DNA of 64,000 bases from an uncultured Gammaproteobacteria bacterium (GCA_963729605.1 CAVSNY010000005.1:96001-160000), one strand, 5' to 3'; counted from the stretch's first letter, positions 23,670 through 33,738 are shown. A program made the numbers and translations. Notes: a model not told the origin generated them from the sequence alone.

Positions 23670-24399
23670 ATGAACCGAGCAACTCAACATCGATCCCGCC
23701 GAGGTGGCGAAATTCAATCAGTCCGCCATGCGCTGGTGGGACCCCAACAGCGAATACAAACCGCTGCACGACATCAATCCGCTGCGCCTCGACTACATCG
23801 ACCAGCGGGTCGGCCTCGCCGGCAAACAGGTGGTGGACGTCGGCTGCGGCGGCGGCATCCTCGCCGAAAGCATGGCGGCGCGCGGCGCCGAGGTCACCGG
23901 CATCGACATGGCGGACAGCGCGCTGTCGGTGGCCAGGCTGCACGCGCTGGAGTCGCGGGTGAAGGTCGATTACCGGCGGATCACCGCCGAAGAATTCGCC
24001 GCGCAAAATCCCGCCGCCTTCGACGTGGTGACCTGCATGGAACTGCTGGAGCACGTGCCTGATCCGGCCTCGCTGATCGCCGCCTGCGCGGCCTTGGCCA
24101 AACCCGGCGGACAGGTGTTTTTCTCCACCCTCAATCGCAACCCAAAGGCCTACGTGTTCGCGGTATTGGGCGCGGAATATTTATTGAAATTCCTGCCGAG
24201 GGGCACCCACGACTACGCCAAATTCATCCGCCCCGCCGAGCTGGCGCGCTGGACCCGCCGCGCCGGCCTGCACCTCGACCACCTCGCCGGTCTGAGTTAC
24301 AACCCGCTCACCAAACACTATCAGCTCAACGACGACGTCTCGGTCAATTACCTGGCCCACACCGTCAAAGAAAACGGCGGCGGACCGTTGCGGCCATGA
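23670..24399 (+). CDS. ubiG: Ubiquinone biosynthesis O-methyltransferase, with an apparent +1 insertion right after the start codon
   Basis: [52 protein letters not shown] 23670 is out of frame by one extra A; the in-frame GTG is at 23704. Confidence 0.93.
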
Positions 24400-24487
24400 C
24401 GAAGCCGCGTGGCGCCGACTGAGCTGGCGATAGGCTTCGTGCGCGTGTCCCGGCCCCCGGCTCATCGAGGCAGGGGCGTGACTAAAT

Positions 24488-24644
24488 TTAAGGAACCTCT
24501 GATTTATTAGAGGTTCCGTGCGGTGCAGGGATGCGCCGCCCTTTCTCGAACACGCAAGTGTTCGAGAATGAAGAAAAATAAAAATCACATTTTTGGTTTT
24601 CGTCCCTGAAAAATCCAGGGATGGATTTTTCAGGGCTTCCTTAA
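24488..24644. mobile_element. 157-bp MITE-like element with TTAA flanks
   Basis: TTAA-GGAACCTCTGA ... TTCAGGGCTTCC-TTAA terminal inverted repeats; same length as 26775-26931. Confidence 0.8.
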
Positions 24645-24661
24645 ATAAAACGGTTCTCCTC

Positions 24662-25354
24662 ATGACCTCGCCCTCTCACCTCCCGGGTTTACGCACCGTG
24701 CTGTTCGATCTCGACGGCACCCTGGCCGACACCGCGCCCGACCTCGCCTACGCCCTCAACGCCCTGTTGACCGAACAGGGCCGCGCGCCGCTGCCGTATG
24801 CCGCGATCCGGCCGGTGGTGTCTCACGGCGCCACCGCGCTGGTGCGGCTGGGCTTCGCGGTGGCGCCGGAGAGCGCCGAATTCAGCGCCCTCCGCCAGCG
24901 GCTATTGGATTTATATCAATACAACGTCGCCCGCGAGACCCGGCTGTTCGACGGCATGCCGGCCGTGCTCCGGCACATTGAAGGCGCGGGCCTCAACTGG
25001 GGGGTGGTCACCAACAAACCCGCCTTCCTCACCGAACCGCTGATGCGGGCACTGGATCTCGCCACCCGCGCGATCTGCATCGTCAGCGGCGACACCACCG
25101 CCCGCCGCAAACCCCACCCCGACCCGCTGCTGCACGCCTGCCGGCTGGCCGGCAGCGCCGCGGCGCAATGCCTGTACATCGGCGACGCCGAGCGGGACAT
25201 CCAGGCCGGCCGCGACGCCGGCATGCCCACCCTGGTGGCCGCCTTCGGCTACCTCGGCGCCGACGACCGGCCCGAAACCTGGGGCGCCGACGGCCTGGTC
25301 CACCAGCCGGCCGACATCATCCGCTGGCTGGACACCCGCGCCGCCGCGCCCTGA
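24662..25354 (+). CDS. gph: HAD-family phosphatase (phosphoglycolate phosphatase / MupP-like)
   Basis: VLFDLDGTLADTAPD, VVTNK, KPHPDP, YIGDAERDIQAG; ubiG-gph synteny. Confidence 0.88.
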   Translation: MTSPSHLPGLRTVLFDLDGTLADTAPDLAYALNALLTEQGRAPLPYAAIRPVVSHGATALVRLGFAVAPESAEFSALRQRLLDLYQYNVARETRLFDGMPAVLRHIEGAGLNWGVVTNKPAFLTEPLMRALDLATRAICIVSGDTTARRKPHPDPLLHACRLAGSAAAQCLYIGDAERDIQAGRDAGMPTLVAAFGYLGADDRPETWGADGLVHQPADIIRWLDTRAAAP

Positions 25355-25458
25355 CTCAATCTCCCCGCCCCGGCGGCCGACACAGTGCAGGCCCCCCGCG
25401 GCGCGGAAGCGGATACACTACTGCCCCAGCCAGACTTACCGGAGAAGTACCTTTCATC

Positions 25459-26778
25459 ATGACTGAAGCCGCCTCCTACATCACCCTGGCCCTGCTCACC
25501 GCGCTGGCGGCGCTGTGCGGCGCCTTCTTCGCCCACATCCGCGCCCAACGCCAGATCACCGGCCTGCGGGAGGAGAACGCCAGCCTCAAGGCCACCGTCA
25601 ACATCGAACGCCGCACCACCGAAGAAAAAGTCGCGATGATCGAGAGCGCCCGCAATCAGCTCACCGATACCTTCGCCGCCTTATCCAGCCAGGCGCTGCG
25701 CAACAGCACGGAAGAATTCCTCAAGCTCGCCCAGCAAGGCATGCAGCAATTTCACGTGCGCGCCCAGGGCGATCTCGAGCAAAAGGAAAAATCCATCGGC
25801 GTGTTGATGCAGCCCGTCAAAGAGGCGCTCACCCGCACCGAACAACAACTGCGCGAGCTGGAAAAAGAACGCAAAGAGGCCTACGGCTCGCTGAGCAAAC
25901 ACCTGGAAAGCATGGCGCAGACCCAGCAACTCCTGCAGGGCGAGACCCGCAATCTGGTACAAGCGCTGCGCCGTCCCGAGGTGCGCGGCCAATGGGGCGA
26001 GATGACGCTGAAGCGCCTCGCCGAACTGGCGGGCATGGTGCAATACTGCGATTTCATCGAGCAGGAAACCGTGCAGGGCGAAAACGGCAATCTGCGCCCC
26101 GACATGGTGGTGCGCATGCCCGACGGACGGGAAATCGTGGTGGACGTCAAAACCCCGCTCGACGCGTATTTGAGCGCGGTGGAAGCGCCGGACGACACGG
26201 TGCGCACCTGGCATCTCGAACGCCACGCCCGCAAGGTGCGCGACCGGGTGCGCGAACTGGCCGGCCGCAATTACTGGGCGCAGTTCAAACGCAGTCCCGA
26301 CTTCGTGGTGATGTTCATCCCCGGCGATCAATTCTTGAGCGCCGCGCTGGACGTCGACCGCGACCTGCTCGAATACGCCCTCGGCCAAAAAGTGGTGCTC
26401 GCCACGCCCACCAGCTTCGTCGCGCTGCTGCGCGCGGTGGGCTACGGCTGGCGCCAACTCAGCCTGGCGGAGAACGCGGAAAAAATCCGCGACCTCGGCG
26501 AAGAGCTTTATCAACGCCTCAGCACCTTCACCGATCATTTATCCAAGCTCGGCAAAAATCTCAGCAGCAGTCTCGACCACTACAACAAGGCGGTGGGTTC
26601 CTTCGAACGGCAAGTCATGCCCGGCGCGCGCAAGTTCACCGAAATGGGCATCACCCCGCGCAAACCGATGCCTGATCTCGACCAGATCGAAAAAGGCGTG
26701 CGGCAAATGGAGAACGCCGCCGCGACCGCACCGCCCGAAGAAACCGCCGGCGAACCCGATCCGCCCGCCAAACATTAA
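25459..26778 (+). CDS. rmuC: DNA recombination protein RmuC
   Basis: N-terminal TM, coiled coil, RGQWGEMTL, RPDMVVRMP, VDVKTPL, PDFVVMFIP, ATPTS. Confidence 0.95.
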   Translation: MTEAASYITLALLTALAALCGAFFAHIRAQRQITGLREENASLKATVNIERRTTEEKVAMIESARNQLTDTFAALSSQALRNSTEEFLKLAQQGMQQFHVRAQGDLEQKEKSIGVLMQPVKEALTRTEQQLRELEKERKEAYGSLSKHLESMAQTQQLLQGETRNLVQALRRPEVRGQWGEMTLKRLAELAGMVQYCDFIEQETVQGENGNLRPDMVVRMPDGREIVVDVKTPLDAYLSAVEAPDDTVRTWHLERHARKVRDRVRELAGRNYWAQFKRSPDFVVMFIPGDQFLSAALDVDRDLLEYALGQKVVLATPTSFVALLRAVGYGWRQLSLAENAEKIRDLGEELYQRLSTFTDHLSKLGKNLSSSLDHYNKAVGSFERQVMPGARKFTEMGITPRKPMPDLDQIEKGVRQMENAAATAPPEETAGEPDPPAKH

Positions 26779-26931
26779 GGAACCTCTGATTTGTTCAGAG
26801 TTTCCCGCGGCACATGGATGTGCCGCCATTTTCAATGGTGTTAACCATTGAAAATGAAGGGGAGCGAAAATCATATTTTCGCTCCCCGTGCCCTGAAAAT
26901 TCCAGGATGGAATCATTCAGCGCTTCCTTAA
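26775..26931. mobile_element. 157-bp MITE-like element with TTAA flanks, overlapping the rmuC stop codon
   Basis: TTAA-GGAACCTCTGA ... TTCAGCGCTTCC-TTAA; several internal hairpins. Confidence 0.82.
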
Positions 26932-27096
26932 ATCCTCGTCGACGGGAAACGCGGGCCGCGCCTCTCCCGCGAACGGGAGCGCGGCGGTGAGGACGCCGGA
27001 AAATAGACCCGGCCTCCATCATCCCCGCCGCATGGATGCATCCCCGAGAAAAGACCGGCTATACTGCGCGGCCAACAGCACGACACGTCGCATCAC

Positions 27097-27948
27097 ATGC
27101 CCGACACCCTCGAATCGGCCTATCAACACTGCATGCGCATGACGCGCAGCCACTACGAAAATTTTCCGGTGGCCTCGCGTCTATTGCCGCGCGCGCTGCG
27201 TACACCGGTGAGCGTGATCTACGCCTTTGCCCGCAGCGCCGACGATTTCGCCGACGAAGGCGAACTCGTCCCCGCCGAACGCCTGGCCCGTCTCGACGGG
27301 TATTGGCGCCAGCTCGACGCCATCGCCGCCGGGCGGACGCCGGGCGATCCGATCTTCATCGCCCTGGCCGATGTGGTGCAACGTCACGCCTTGCCCTTGC
27401 AATTGCTTTACGATCTGCTCACCGCCTTCCGCCAGGACGTCGTCAAATCGCGCTACGCCAATTTTGATGAAGTGCTGGCCTATTGCCGCTACTCCGCCAA
27501 TCCGGTCGGCCGCATCGTGTTGCATTTGGCGGGCGACGCCGGCGCGGACAATCTGCGCGACTCCGATAAAATTTGCACCGCGCTCCAGCTCATCAACTTT
27601 TGGCAGGACCTCGAACAGGATTATCTGGAAAGCAATCGTGTCTATTTGCCGCAGGACGAACTGGCGGCCTACGGCGTCGCCGAGGAGCAATTGGGCCGGC
27701 GCGGCAACAGCCCGGCGCTGCGCGCCTTGATGGATAAGCAGATCGAGCGCAGCCGGGGCTTGATGCTGGACGGCGCGCCTCTGGGCGCGCGCCTGCGCGG
27801 CCGGCTCGGCATCGAGATCCGCGCGACGATACACGGCGGCCTGTGCGTGCTCGACGCCCTCGCCCGCCGGCGCGACGACGTCTTCGCGCGGCCGCGCCTG
27901 CGCCGCCGCGACTGGCTGCGCGTCCTCCGGCGCGCGCTGCTTCCGTAA
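27097..27948 (+). CDS. hpnC: Squalene synthase HpnC (hydroxysqualene synthase)
   Basis: HYENFPVAS, YAFARSADDFADEG, YCRYSANPVGR, LQLINFWQD. Confidence 0.95.
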   Translation: MPDTLESAYQHCMRMTRSHYENFPVASRLLPRALRTPVSVIYAFARSADDFADEGELVPAERLARLDGYWRQLDAIAAGRTPGDPIFIALADVVQRHALPLQLLYDLLTAFRQDVVKSRYANFDEVLAYCRYSANPVGRIVLHLAGDAGADNLRDSDKICTALQLINFWQDLEQDYLESNRVYLPQDELAAYGVAEEQLGRRGNSPALRALMDKQIERSRGLMLDGAPLGARLRGRLGIEIRATIHGGLCVLDALARRRDDVFARPRLRRRDWLRVLRRALLP

Positions 27949-27998
27949 GCGGCTCGCCGCTCTGCTATGATAAACGCTCGTACCCTTAAGTCGTTGCC

Positions 27999-28859
27999 AT
28001 GACCCCCGACGAATACTGCGAACAGAAAACCACCGGCGCCGGCTCGAGCTTTTATTACAGCTTTTTATTTCTCGAGCCCGACGCCCGCCGCGCCATGACC
28101 ATCCTCTACGCCTTCTGCCGCGAGGTGGACGACGCGGTGGACGAATGCAGCGATCCGGCCATCGCCCGCGTCAAACTCGCCTGGTGGCGCGAAGAGATCG
28201 CCCGCAGTTTCGCCGGCCAGCCGCAGCACCCGGTGACCAAGGCCTTGCAATGGGCCACCGGCCGCTACAAGTTGCCGCAAGAATATTTCCTCGAAATCAT
28301 CAGCGGCATGGAGATGGATCTGGACTGCAATGCCTACCGCAGTTTCACCGAACTCTCGCTGTACTGTTATCGCGCCGCATCCGTGGTGGGCCTGCTCGCG
28401 GCGGAAATCTTCGGCTACCAGGACCCGCGCACCTTGAAATACGCCCACGATCTGGGCATGGCCTTCCAACTCACCAACATCCTGCGCGACGTGGCCGAAG
28501 ACGGCGAGCGCGGCCGGGTCTATATTCCGGAGGACGAGATGGCCCGCTACGGCGTCACCCGCGACGACATCCTGCATGGCCGCATGAGCGACGCCATGCG
28601 CGGGCTGCTGCGCCATCAGGCCGACCGCGCGCGCCGCTATTACACGCAAGCCTTCAGCCATTTGCCGGACACCGACCGTTACCACCAACGCAGCGGCATC
28701 ATCATGGCCTCGGTCTATCAGGCCTTGTTGCAGGCCATCGAAGACAGCGATTTTCAAATCTTCGAAGAGCGCGTCCGCCTCAGTCCGGCGCGCAAGATGT
28801 GGATCGCCTGGCAGACCGCACGGCGGGAAAAACGCCAGCACCTCGCCCGCGCGGTTTGA
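27999..28859 (+). CDS. hpnD: Presqualene diphosphate synthase HpnD
   Basis: MTPDEYC...GSSFYYSF, LYAFCREVDDAVD, AFQLTNILRDV.ED..RGRVYIP. Confidence 0.95.
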   Translation: MTPDEYCEQKTTGAGSSFYYSFLFLEPDARRAMTILYAFCREVDDAVDECSDPAIARVKLAWWREEIARSFAGQPQHPVTKALQWATGRYKLPQEYFLEIISGMEMDLDCNAYRSFTELSLYCYRAASVVGLLAAEIFGYQDPRTLKYAHDLGMAFQLTNILRDVAEDGERGRVYIPEDEMARYGVTRDDILHGRMSDAMRGLLRHQADRARRYYTQAFSHLPDTDRYHQRSGIIMASVYQALLQAIEDSDFQIFEERVRLSPARKMWIAWQTARREKRQHLARAV

Positions 28860-29129
28860 ATCTCCGTCCATTCAGACCTGACGCACCGTGAGCCATCATC
28901 ACCCGCCGTCATACGCGCATTCCGGAAGGCGCCGCGGAATACAGCCCGCGGCGAACGATCTTTTCTCCCGCTCGATGAAATGTATCGAGGGGAAAACGAA
29001 AACGGCGGATGTCCGGCCCTGTCACCCCCATTCCAATCCGCCTCCCGCAAGGGGGAAGGAGCCGTTCGATTCATCTTTCTTAGTTGCCGCGTCATTAACG
29101 ACGCGCCCTGTTCAAGGGGCCGGCTGAGC

Positions 29130-30464
29130 ATGCGGGTCGTGGTGGTGGGCGGCGGTTGGGCGGGACTGGCGGCGGCCGTCGAGTTGTGCCGTCATGATAT
29201 TCACGTCACCCTCATCGAGGCCGCGCCGCGATTGGGCGGCCGCGCCCGCGCGGTGACGCGCGGCGGCGTGGTCTTCGACAACGGCCAGCATCTGTTCATC
29301 GGCGCTTATCGGGAAGTGCTGCGTTTGATGACCATCGTCGGCGTCGCGGAAGAGCGGATATTTTTACGCCGTCCCCTGCACTGGTTGATGCGTCATCCCA
29401 ATGCACCCAGCGTGGAAATCAGCGCGCCGCATTTGCCCGCGCCGCTGCACATGGCCTGGGCCCTGCTGCGGGCGCGGGGTTATCACTTTGCCGAACGCCG
29501 CGCCGCCTTGCGCGCCTGCGTCCGCGTGTTGCGGCCGTCCGCCACGGCGGGCGACGTCACGGTGGCGGCCTGGCTGCGACAGGGCGGGCAACCGCCGCGG
29601 GTCATCGACACCTTGTGGTCGCCGCTGTGCCTCGCCGCCCTCAACACCCCCATCGAACAGGCCTCGGCGGAGGTGTTCGTGCGTGTGTTGCGCGATGCCT
29701 TTCTGGAACGCCGCGCCGATTCGGATCTGCTGATCCCGCGTTGCGATTTGGGCGGCGTATTCCCCGCGCCCGCCGCCGCGTTCATCCAGGGCCGCGGCGG
29801 ACACATTCAATTGGGTGAACGGGTGAACGCCCTGCTCAGCGACGGCGCGCGCATCGGCGGCGTGCGTACCCGCCGCGCCGATTATCCGGCCGAACAAGTG
29901 ATCCTCGCCGTACCGCCGGAATCTTGCGCGGCCTTGCTGGCGGGCCACCCGGCCTTGGCGCCTTTGCTGGCGCCGCTCGCGGCGCTGGGCACGCAGCCGA
30001 TCTGCACCGCGTATCTGCGCTACGCCCCCGGCTTGCCGCTGGCCGTTCCCATGACCGGCATGGCCGGCGGCCTCGGCCAGTGGCTGTTCGATTTGACGGT
30101 GATGGACAAACCGGGCTGGGTGGCGGTGGTGCTCAGCGGCCCGGGCCGGCATATGGCGATGGACAATGAAAGCCTGTTGAACGCGCTGGCCGCGGAAATC
30201 GCCGCGTTGTGGCCGGGGCCGGCGCGTTATCAAGAAGGTTTCGTGATCCGGGAAAAACGCGCGACGTTTTCCTGCGAGGCGGGAATCAACGCGTTGCGCC
30301 TCCCGCCGCATACGGCCTTGGCCGGTTGCCGGCTGGCGGGCGATCACACCGCGACCGGCTATCCAGCCACCTTGGAAGGCGCGGTGCGCAGCGGCGTGTC
30401 CTGCGCGCAAGACATCATCGCCCTGCGTAACGGCACGGAGGCACCGTACCCAAGCTCATTCTAA
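29130..30464 (+). CDS. hpnE: Hydroxysqualene dehydroxylase HpnE
   Basis: VVGGGWAGLAAA, GGRAR, DNGQH, EKRATF, AGD...YPATLEGAVRSG; follows hpnCD. Confidence 0.93.
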   Translation: MRVVVVGGGWAGLAAAVELCRHDIHVTLIEAAPRLGGRARAVTRGGVVFDNGQHLFIGAYREVLRLMTIVGVAEERIFLRRPLHWLMRHPNAPSVEISAPHLPAPLHMAWALLRARGYHFAERRAALRACVRVLRPSATAGDVTVAAWLRQGGQPPRVIDTLWSPLCLAALNTPIEQASAEVFVRVLRDAFLERRADSDLLIPRCDLGGVFPAPAAAFIQGRGGHIQLGERVNALLSDGARIGGVRTRRADYPAEQVILAVPPESCAALLAGHPALAPLLAPLAALGTQPICTAYLRYAPGLPLAVPMTGMAGGLGQWLFDLTVMDKPGWVAVVLSGPGRHMAMDNESLLNALAAEIAALWPGPARYQEGFVIREKRATFSCEAGINALRLPPHTALAGCRLAGDHTATGYPATLEGAVRSGVSCAQDIIALRNGTEAPYPSSF

Positions 30465-30480
30465 AAACCGCGAATACTGG

Positions 30481-30610
30481 CCACGGAGAACACGGAGAAC
30501 ACGGAGAACACGGAGAAACAGGATGCTGTGGCATAGGGCGAGTTAAGCCCTTGGATGACGTCGGACGCGAAATCGGATTTTCCTCCGTAAACTCCGTGTC
30601 CTCCATAGTC
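30481..30610. repeat. 9-bp tandem repeat (CACGGAGAA)x4 with an imperfect inverted arm
   Basis: CCACGGAGAACACGGAGAACACGGAGAACACGGAGAA ... CTCCGTAAACTCCGTGTCCTCCATAG between convergent genes. Confidence 0.75.
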
Positions 30611-30625
30611 AATATTTTTTCAGCG

Positions 30626-32380
30626 TCATCCTTCCAATTGCACGGCGAAGACTTCTTCGATGGATGTCTTGCCGGTGCGGGCGAGGGTCAACGCGTTGTC
30701 ACCCAGTTTGCTCATGCCTGACGCCACGGCGGCTTGTTGAATTTGCTGAGTGGAGCCGCCGTCGTTGATGAGCTGGGCGATCTCCGGTGTGACCACCAGT
30801 AGCTCGCACACCGTCATGCGGCCGCGATAGCCGGTTTGATTGCAGGCCTCGCAGCCTTTGCCGCGGTAAAACACCTCCTCCGGCTGCAAGTTGAGACTAT
30901 GACGGATATAGGGTTCCACCTCTTCCGGGGCGAGGCACTTCGGACAATTGACCCGCACCAGGCGTTGCGCCATCACGCCCAACAGGGTGGAGCTCAATAA
31001 ATAGGATTCGAGGCCCATGTCCACCAGACGTGTGACGGTGCTGGCCGCGTCGTTGGTGTGCAGAGTGCTGAACACCAAGTGGCCGGTGAGCGCGGCCTTG
31101 TTGGCGATGTGGGCGGTCTCCTCGTCGCGGATCTCGCCGACCATGATCACGTCGGGGTCGTGACGCAAAAACTGCCGCAAGGCTTGGGCGAAGGTATAAC
31201 CCTTCACCACCGAGATCTGCACCTGCTCCACGCCGTCCATGTCGTATTCCACCGGGTCTTCCACGGTGAGCAAATGCACGTTGCGTTTCTTCACCTCGTT
31301 GAGAATGGCGTACAAGGTAGTGGATTTGCCGGAACCGGTGGGACCGGTGACCAGGAATAAACCATGGGGGCGGACCATCAGCCGCTTGATCAAGGTGTAT
31401 TCCCGTTCCTGCAATCCCAGGGACTCCAGCGGTCGCACGCCGGCGTCCTTGTCGAGGATACGGATCACCACGCTTTCACCTTTGACGGTCGGCACCACCG
31501 AGATACGCAGGTCGATGTTCTTGGTGCCCCAAGCCAGGCGGGCGTGGCCGTCCTGTGGCAGGCGGCGTTCCGAGATGTCCATCTGGCCGGTGATCTTGAT
31601 GCGGCTGACCAGGGCCGGCAGCAGCGACCGGCTCATGGTGCGGGAATAATGCAGGCGGCCGTCGATGCGGTAATACACGTTCACCCGGTCTTTCTCGGGG
31701 CGGATATTGATGTCCGAGGCGCCCTTGGTCACGCCTTGCAGCAAGATGGCGTTGACCAGCCGCACGATGGGTTTGCGCTGGGCCTCCTGCTCCATGACGT
31801 ACAGTGAATCGGAATTGTCCGGGGAACTGCCCACCGGATCGAGCTGGAGGTCCTCGATGGCCTCGCTCTCCTCCAATTTGCTGTAAAACTTCTGCAGCAA
31901 GGCGCGGATGTCCGCGCCGGCGGCCATCACCGCCTCGATGTTGGCATTGGTATTGAAGCGCAGGGCGTTGACCACGGTCTGGTCGAGGGGATTCTCCATG
32001 GCGACGATCAGCTTGCCGTTCATCTCGCCCAAGGGCACCACGTTATATTGAATGGCCAAATCGGCGGGCAGACGCGAGAGCATTTGCGAAGGAAGATCGA
32101 AACCCTGCAAATTGAGGAAAGGAATACCCAACTTCTTGGCGAGGGCCACGTTCACCTCTTCCTGGGAGACCAATTGCATGTCCAGCAGGATTTGCCCCAG
32201 ATGTTTTCCCTTGCTGTGCTTTTGTCGGATCAGGGCTTCGTGGAGCTGCTCGCGGCTGACCAGCTTTTCCGCCACGAAGATCTCGCCGAGCCGCAGATCC
32301 GGCGAGCGGTGGGTCTCGTCCAGCACCTCTTTTAATTCGTGGACCGAATTGACGATGTGGTTTTTGCCTGATCCCGACAT
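30626..32380 (-). CDS. GspE/PilB/MshE-family secretion ATPase with N-terminal MshEN domain
   Basis: RLGEIFV...LHEALIRQ..HLGQILL N-terminus, MDISERRLPQDG, GPTGSGKST, EDPVE, LRHDPDVIMVGEIRD, TGHLVFSTLH, CPKC/CEAC zinc motif. Confidence 0.93.
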   Translation of the reverse strand: MSGSGKNHIVNSVHELKEVLDETHRSPDLRLGEIFVAEKLVSREQLHEALIRQKHSKGKHLGQILLDMQLVSQEEVNVALAKKLGIPFLNLQGFDLPSQMLSRLPADLAIQYNVVPLGEMNGKLIVAMENPLDQTVVNALRFNTNANIEAVMAAGADIRALLQKFYSKLEESEAIEDLQLDPVGSSPDNSDSLYVMEQEAQRKPIVRLVNAILLQGVTKGASDINIRPEKDRVNVYYRIDGRLHYSRTMSRSLLPALVSRIKITGQMDISERRLPQDGHARLAWGTKNIDLRISVVPTVKGESVVIRILDKDAGVRPLESLGLQEREYTLIKRLMVRPHGLFLVTGPTGSGKSTTLYAILNEVKKRNVHLLTVEDPVEYDMDGVEQVQISVVKGYTFAQALRQFLRHDPDVIMVGEIRDEETAHIANKAALTGHLVFSTLHTNDAASTVTRLVDMGLESYLLSSTLLGVMAQRLVRVNCPKCLAPEEVEPYIRHSLNLQPEEVFYRGKGCEACNQTGYRGRMTVCELLVVTPEIAQLINDGGSTQQIQQAAVASGMSKLGDNALTLARTGKTSIEEVFAVQLEG

Positions 32381-32726
32381 TTTTCATTTTCCTAAATTAA
32401 CGGAGAGGGACAACCCGCCGGCCGGCGGCGCTTCGATCCTGCGGGTCCTCATCCGAGGACCGGCTCTTGAACAACATCAATACCGTCTGGGTTATCGTCA
32501 CGTAAGGCGGGTGGGATGATTCGCCGCCGGCGGCAAGAGTCTGCCGCCTTCAACTCATACGTAGTTAAATTGCCATCCGATCTGCCAATTATTTGACCAG
32601 TCCGCCATTTGTCAATGACGTAACCCCGTTAAATTATCAGGCCTTGGCGGTTTTACGGCCAGGGCGGTCGCCGTGAACCCCCCATTTTTAGCGGCAAATC
32701 GACGGCCAAGACAAGCGCGACCAGAT

Positions 32727-32742
32727 TGGCACACATCTGGCA
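32727..32742 (+). promoter_or_regulatory. Putative sigma54 (-24/-12) promoter for the GGDEF gene
   Basis: TGGCAC-ACATC-TGGCA, exact GG-N10-GC spacing, 40 bp upstream of ATG 32782. Confidence 0.6.
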
Positions 32743-32781
32743 TAATCTTCAGCGCAAGGCGTTTTACTCGGAGATAAAAAA

Positions 32782-33738
32782 ATGACGGCGCCACATATCA
32801 TGGACGCAGATTTTCATCTTGGACAGACCACCCCTGAATCGGTACGGTCGGCTTTCGGACTGATGTCCGATTTATCCGCCGCGGACAGCCAGAGCCTGGA
32901 GGCCGTGGTCCGCATCAACACCCATTTGCAAACGACCCTGGACATCCAGGCGCTGATAAATATCTTCGCCGATGAAATGCAGCGCTTTGTCCCCTTCGAC
33001 GCCCTCCGTTACAGTTCTTCCGCCCACGATTTAGTGGTGGAGCTGGGAAAAGGCGCGCGCAACATCTGTTCATATCGTTTGATCGCCGGTACCGATCTGC
33101 TCGGGGAACTGCGATTCAGCCGCCGCCGTAAATTCACCGTCCTCGAGACCCAAACCATCGAACACCTGATGTGCGCCCTGGTTTACCCGCTGCGCAACGC
33201 CCTCACCTATCTTTCCGCGTTGCGGGCCGCCCACAAGGATCCCCTGACCGGGGTGAACAATCGCAGCGCCTTGGACACGAGCCTGGCCCGTGAAGTGGAC
33301 ATGGCGCGCCGCCACCGCACCTCGCTGTCGTTGATCATGATGGATATCGACCGTTTCAAATCCATCAACGACAATTATGGCCACACCGCCGGCGACGAGG
33401 TCATCAAGGCCTTTACCGCCGTGGTGGGCACCGCGATCCGCAAGAGCGACATGTTATTCCGCTTCGGCGGCGAGGAATTCGTGGTCTTGTTGAGCAACAC
33501 CGCCCGCGCCGGGGCCGTCTTGCTCGCGGAACGCATCCGCCAGGCGGTGGAGCAAAGTCTGGTGAGCATCGGGCATCAGGTCGTACCCATCACCGTCAGC
33601 CTCGGCGTTTCCACTCTCGGTCCGACGGACACGCAGCAGTCCCTGTTCGAAAAAGCGGACAAAGCGCTTTACAACGCCAAGAGCGAAGGCCGCAACTGTG
33701 TGCGTTATCTCACGCATAACGCCGCCGAAATCGCCTGA
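32782..33738 (+). CDS. Diguanylate cyclase
   Basis: DPLTGVNNR, DIDRFKSINDNYGH..GD, RKSD I-site, RFGGEEF, ADKALY.AK..GRN. Confidence 0.95.
   Translation: MTAPHIMDADFHLGQTTPESVRSAFGLMSDLSAADSQSLEAVVRINTHLQTTLDIQALINIFADEMQRFVPFDALRYSSSAHDLVVELGKGARNICSYRLIAGTDLLGELRFSRRRKFTVLETQTIEHLMCALVYPLRNALTYLSALRAAHKDPLTGVNNRSALDTSLAREVDMARRHRTSLSLIMMDIDRFKSINDNYGHTAGDEVIKAFTAVVGTAIRKSDMLFRFGGEEFVVLLSNTARAGAVLLAERIRQAVEQSLVSIGHQVVPITVSLGVSTLGPTDTQQSLFEKADKALYNAKSEGRNCVRYLTHNAAEIA

Noticed and set aside
22855-23706. Programmed frameshifting or phase variation in mtaD/ubiG
   Set aside because: There is no slippery heptamer, homopolymer tract or obvious stimulatory structure at either site.
29024-29060. 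REP-like remnant between hpnD and hpnE
   Set aside because: CTCCCGCAAGGGGGAAG resembles the palindromic family but is too degenerate to call.
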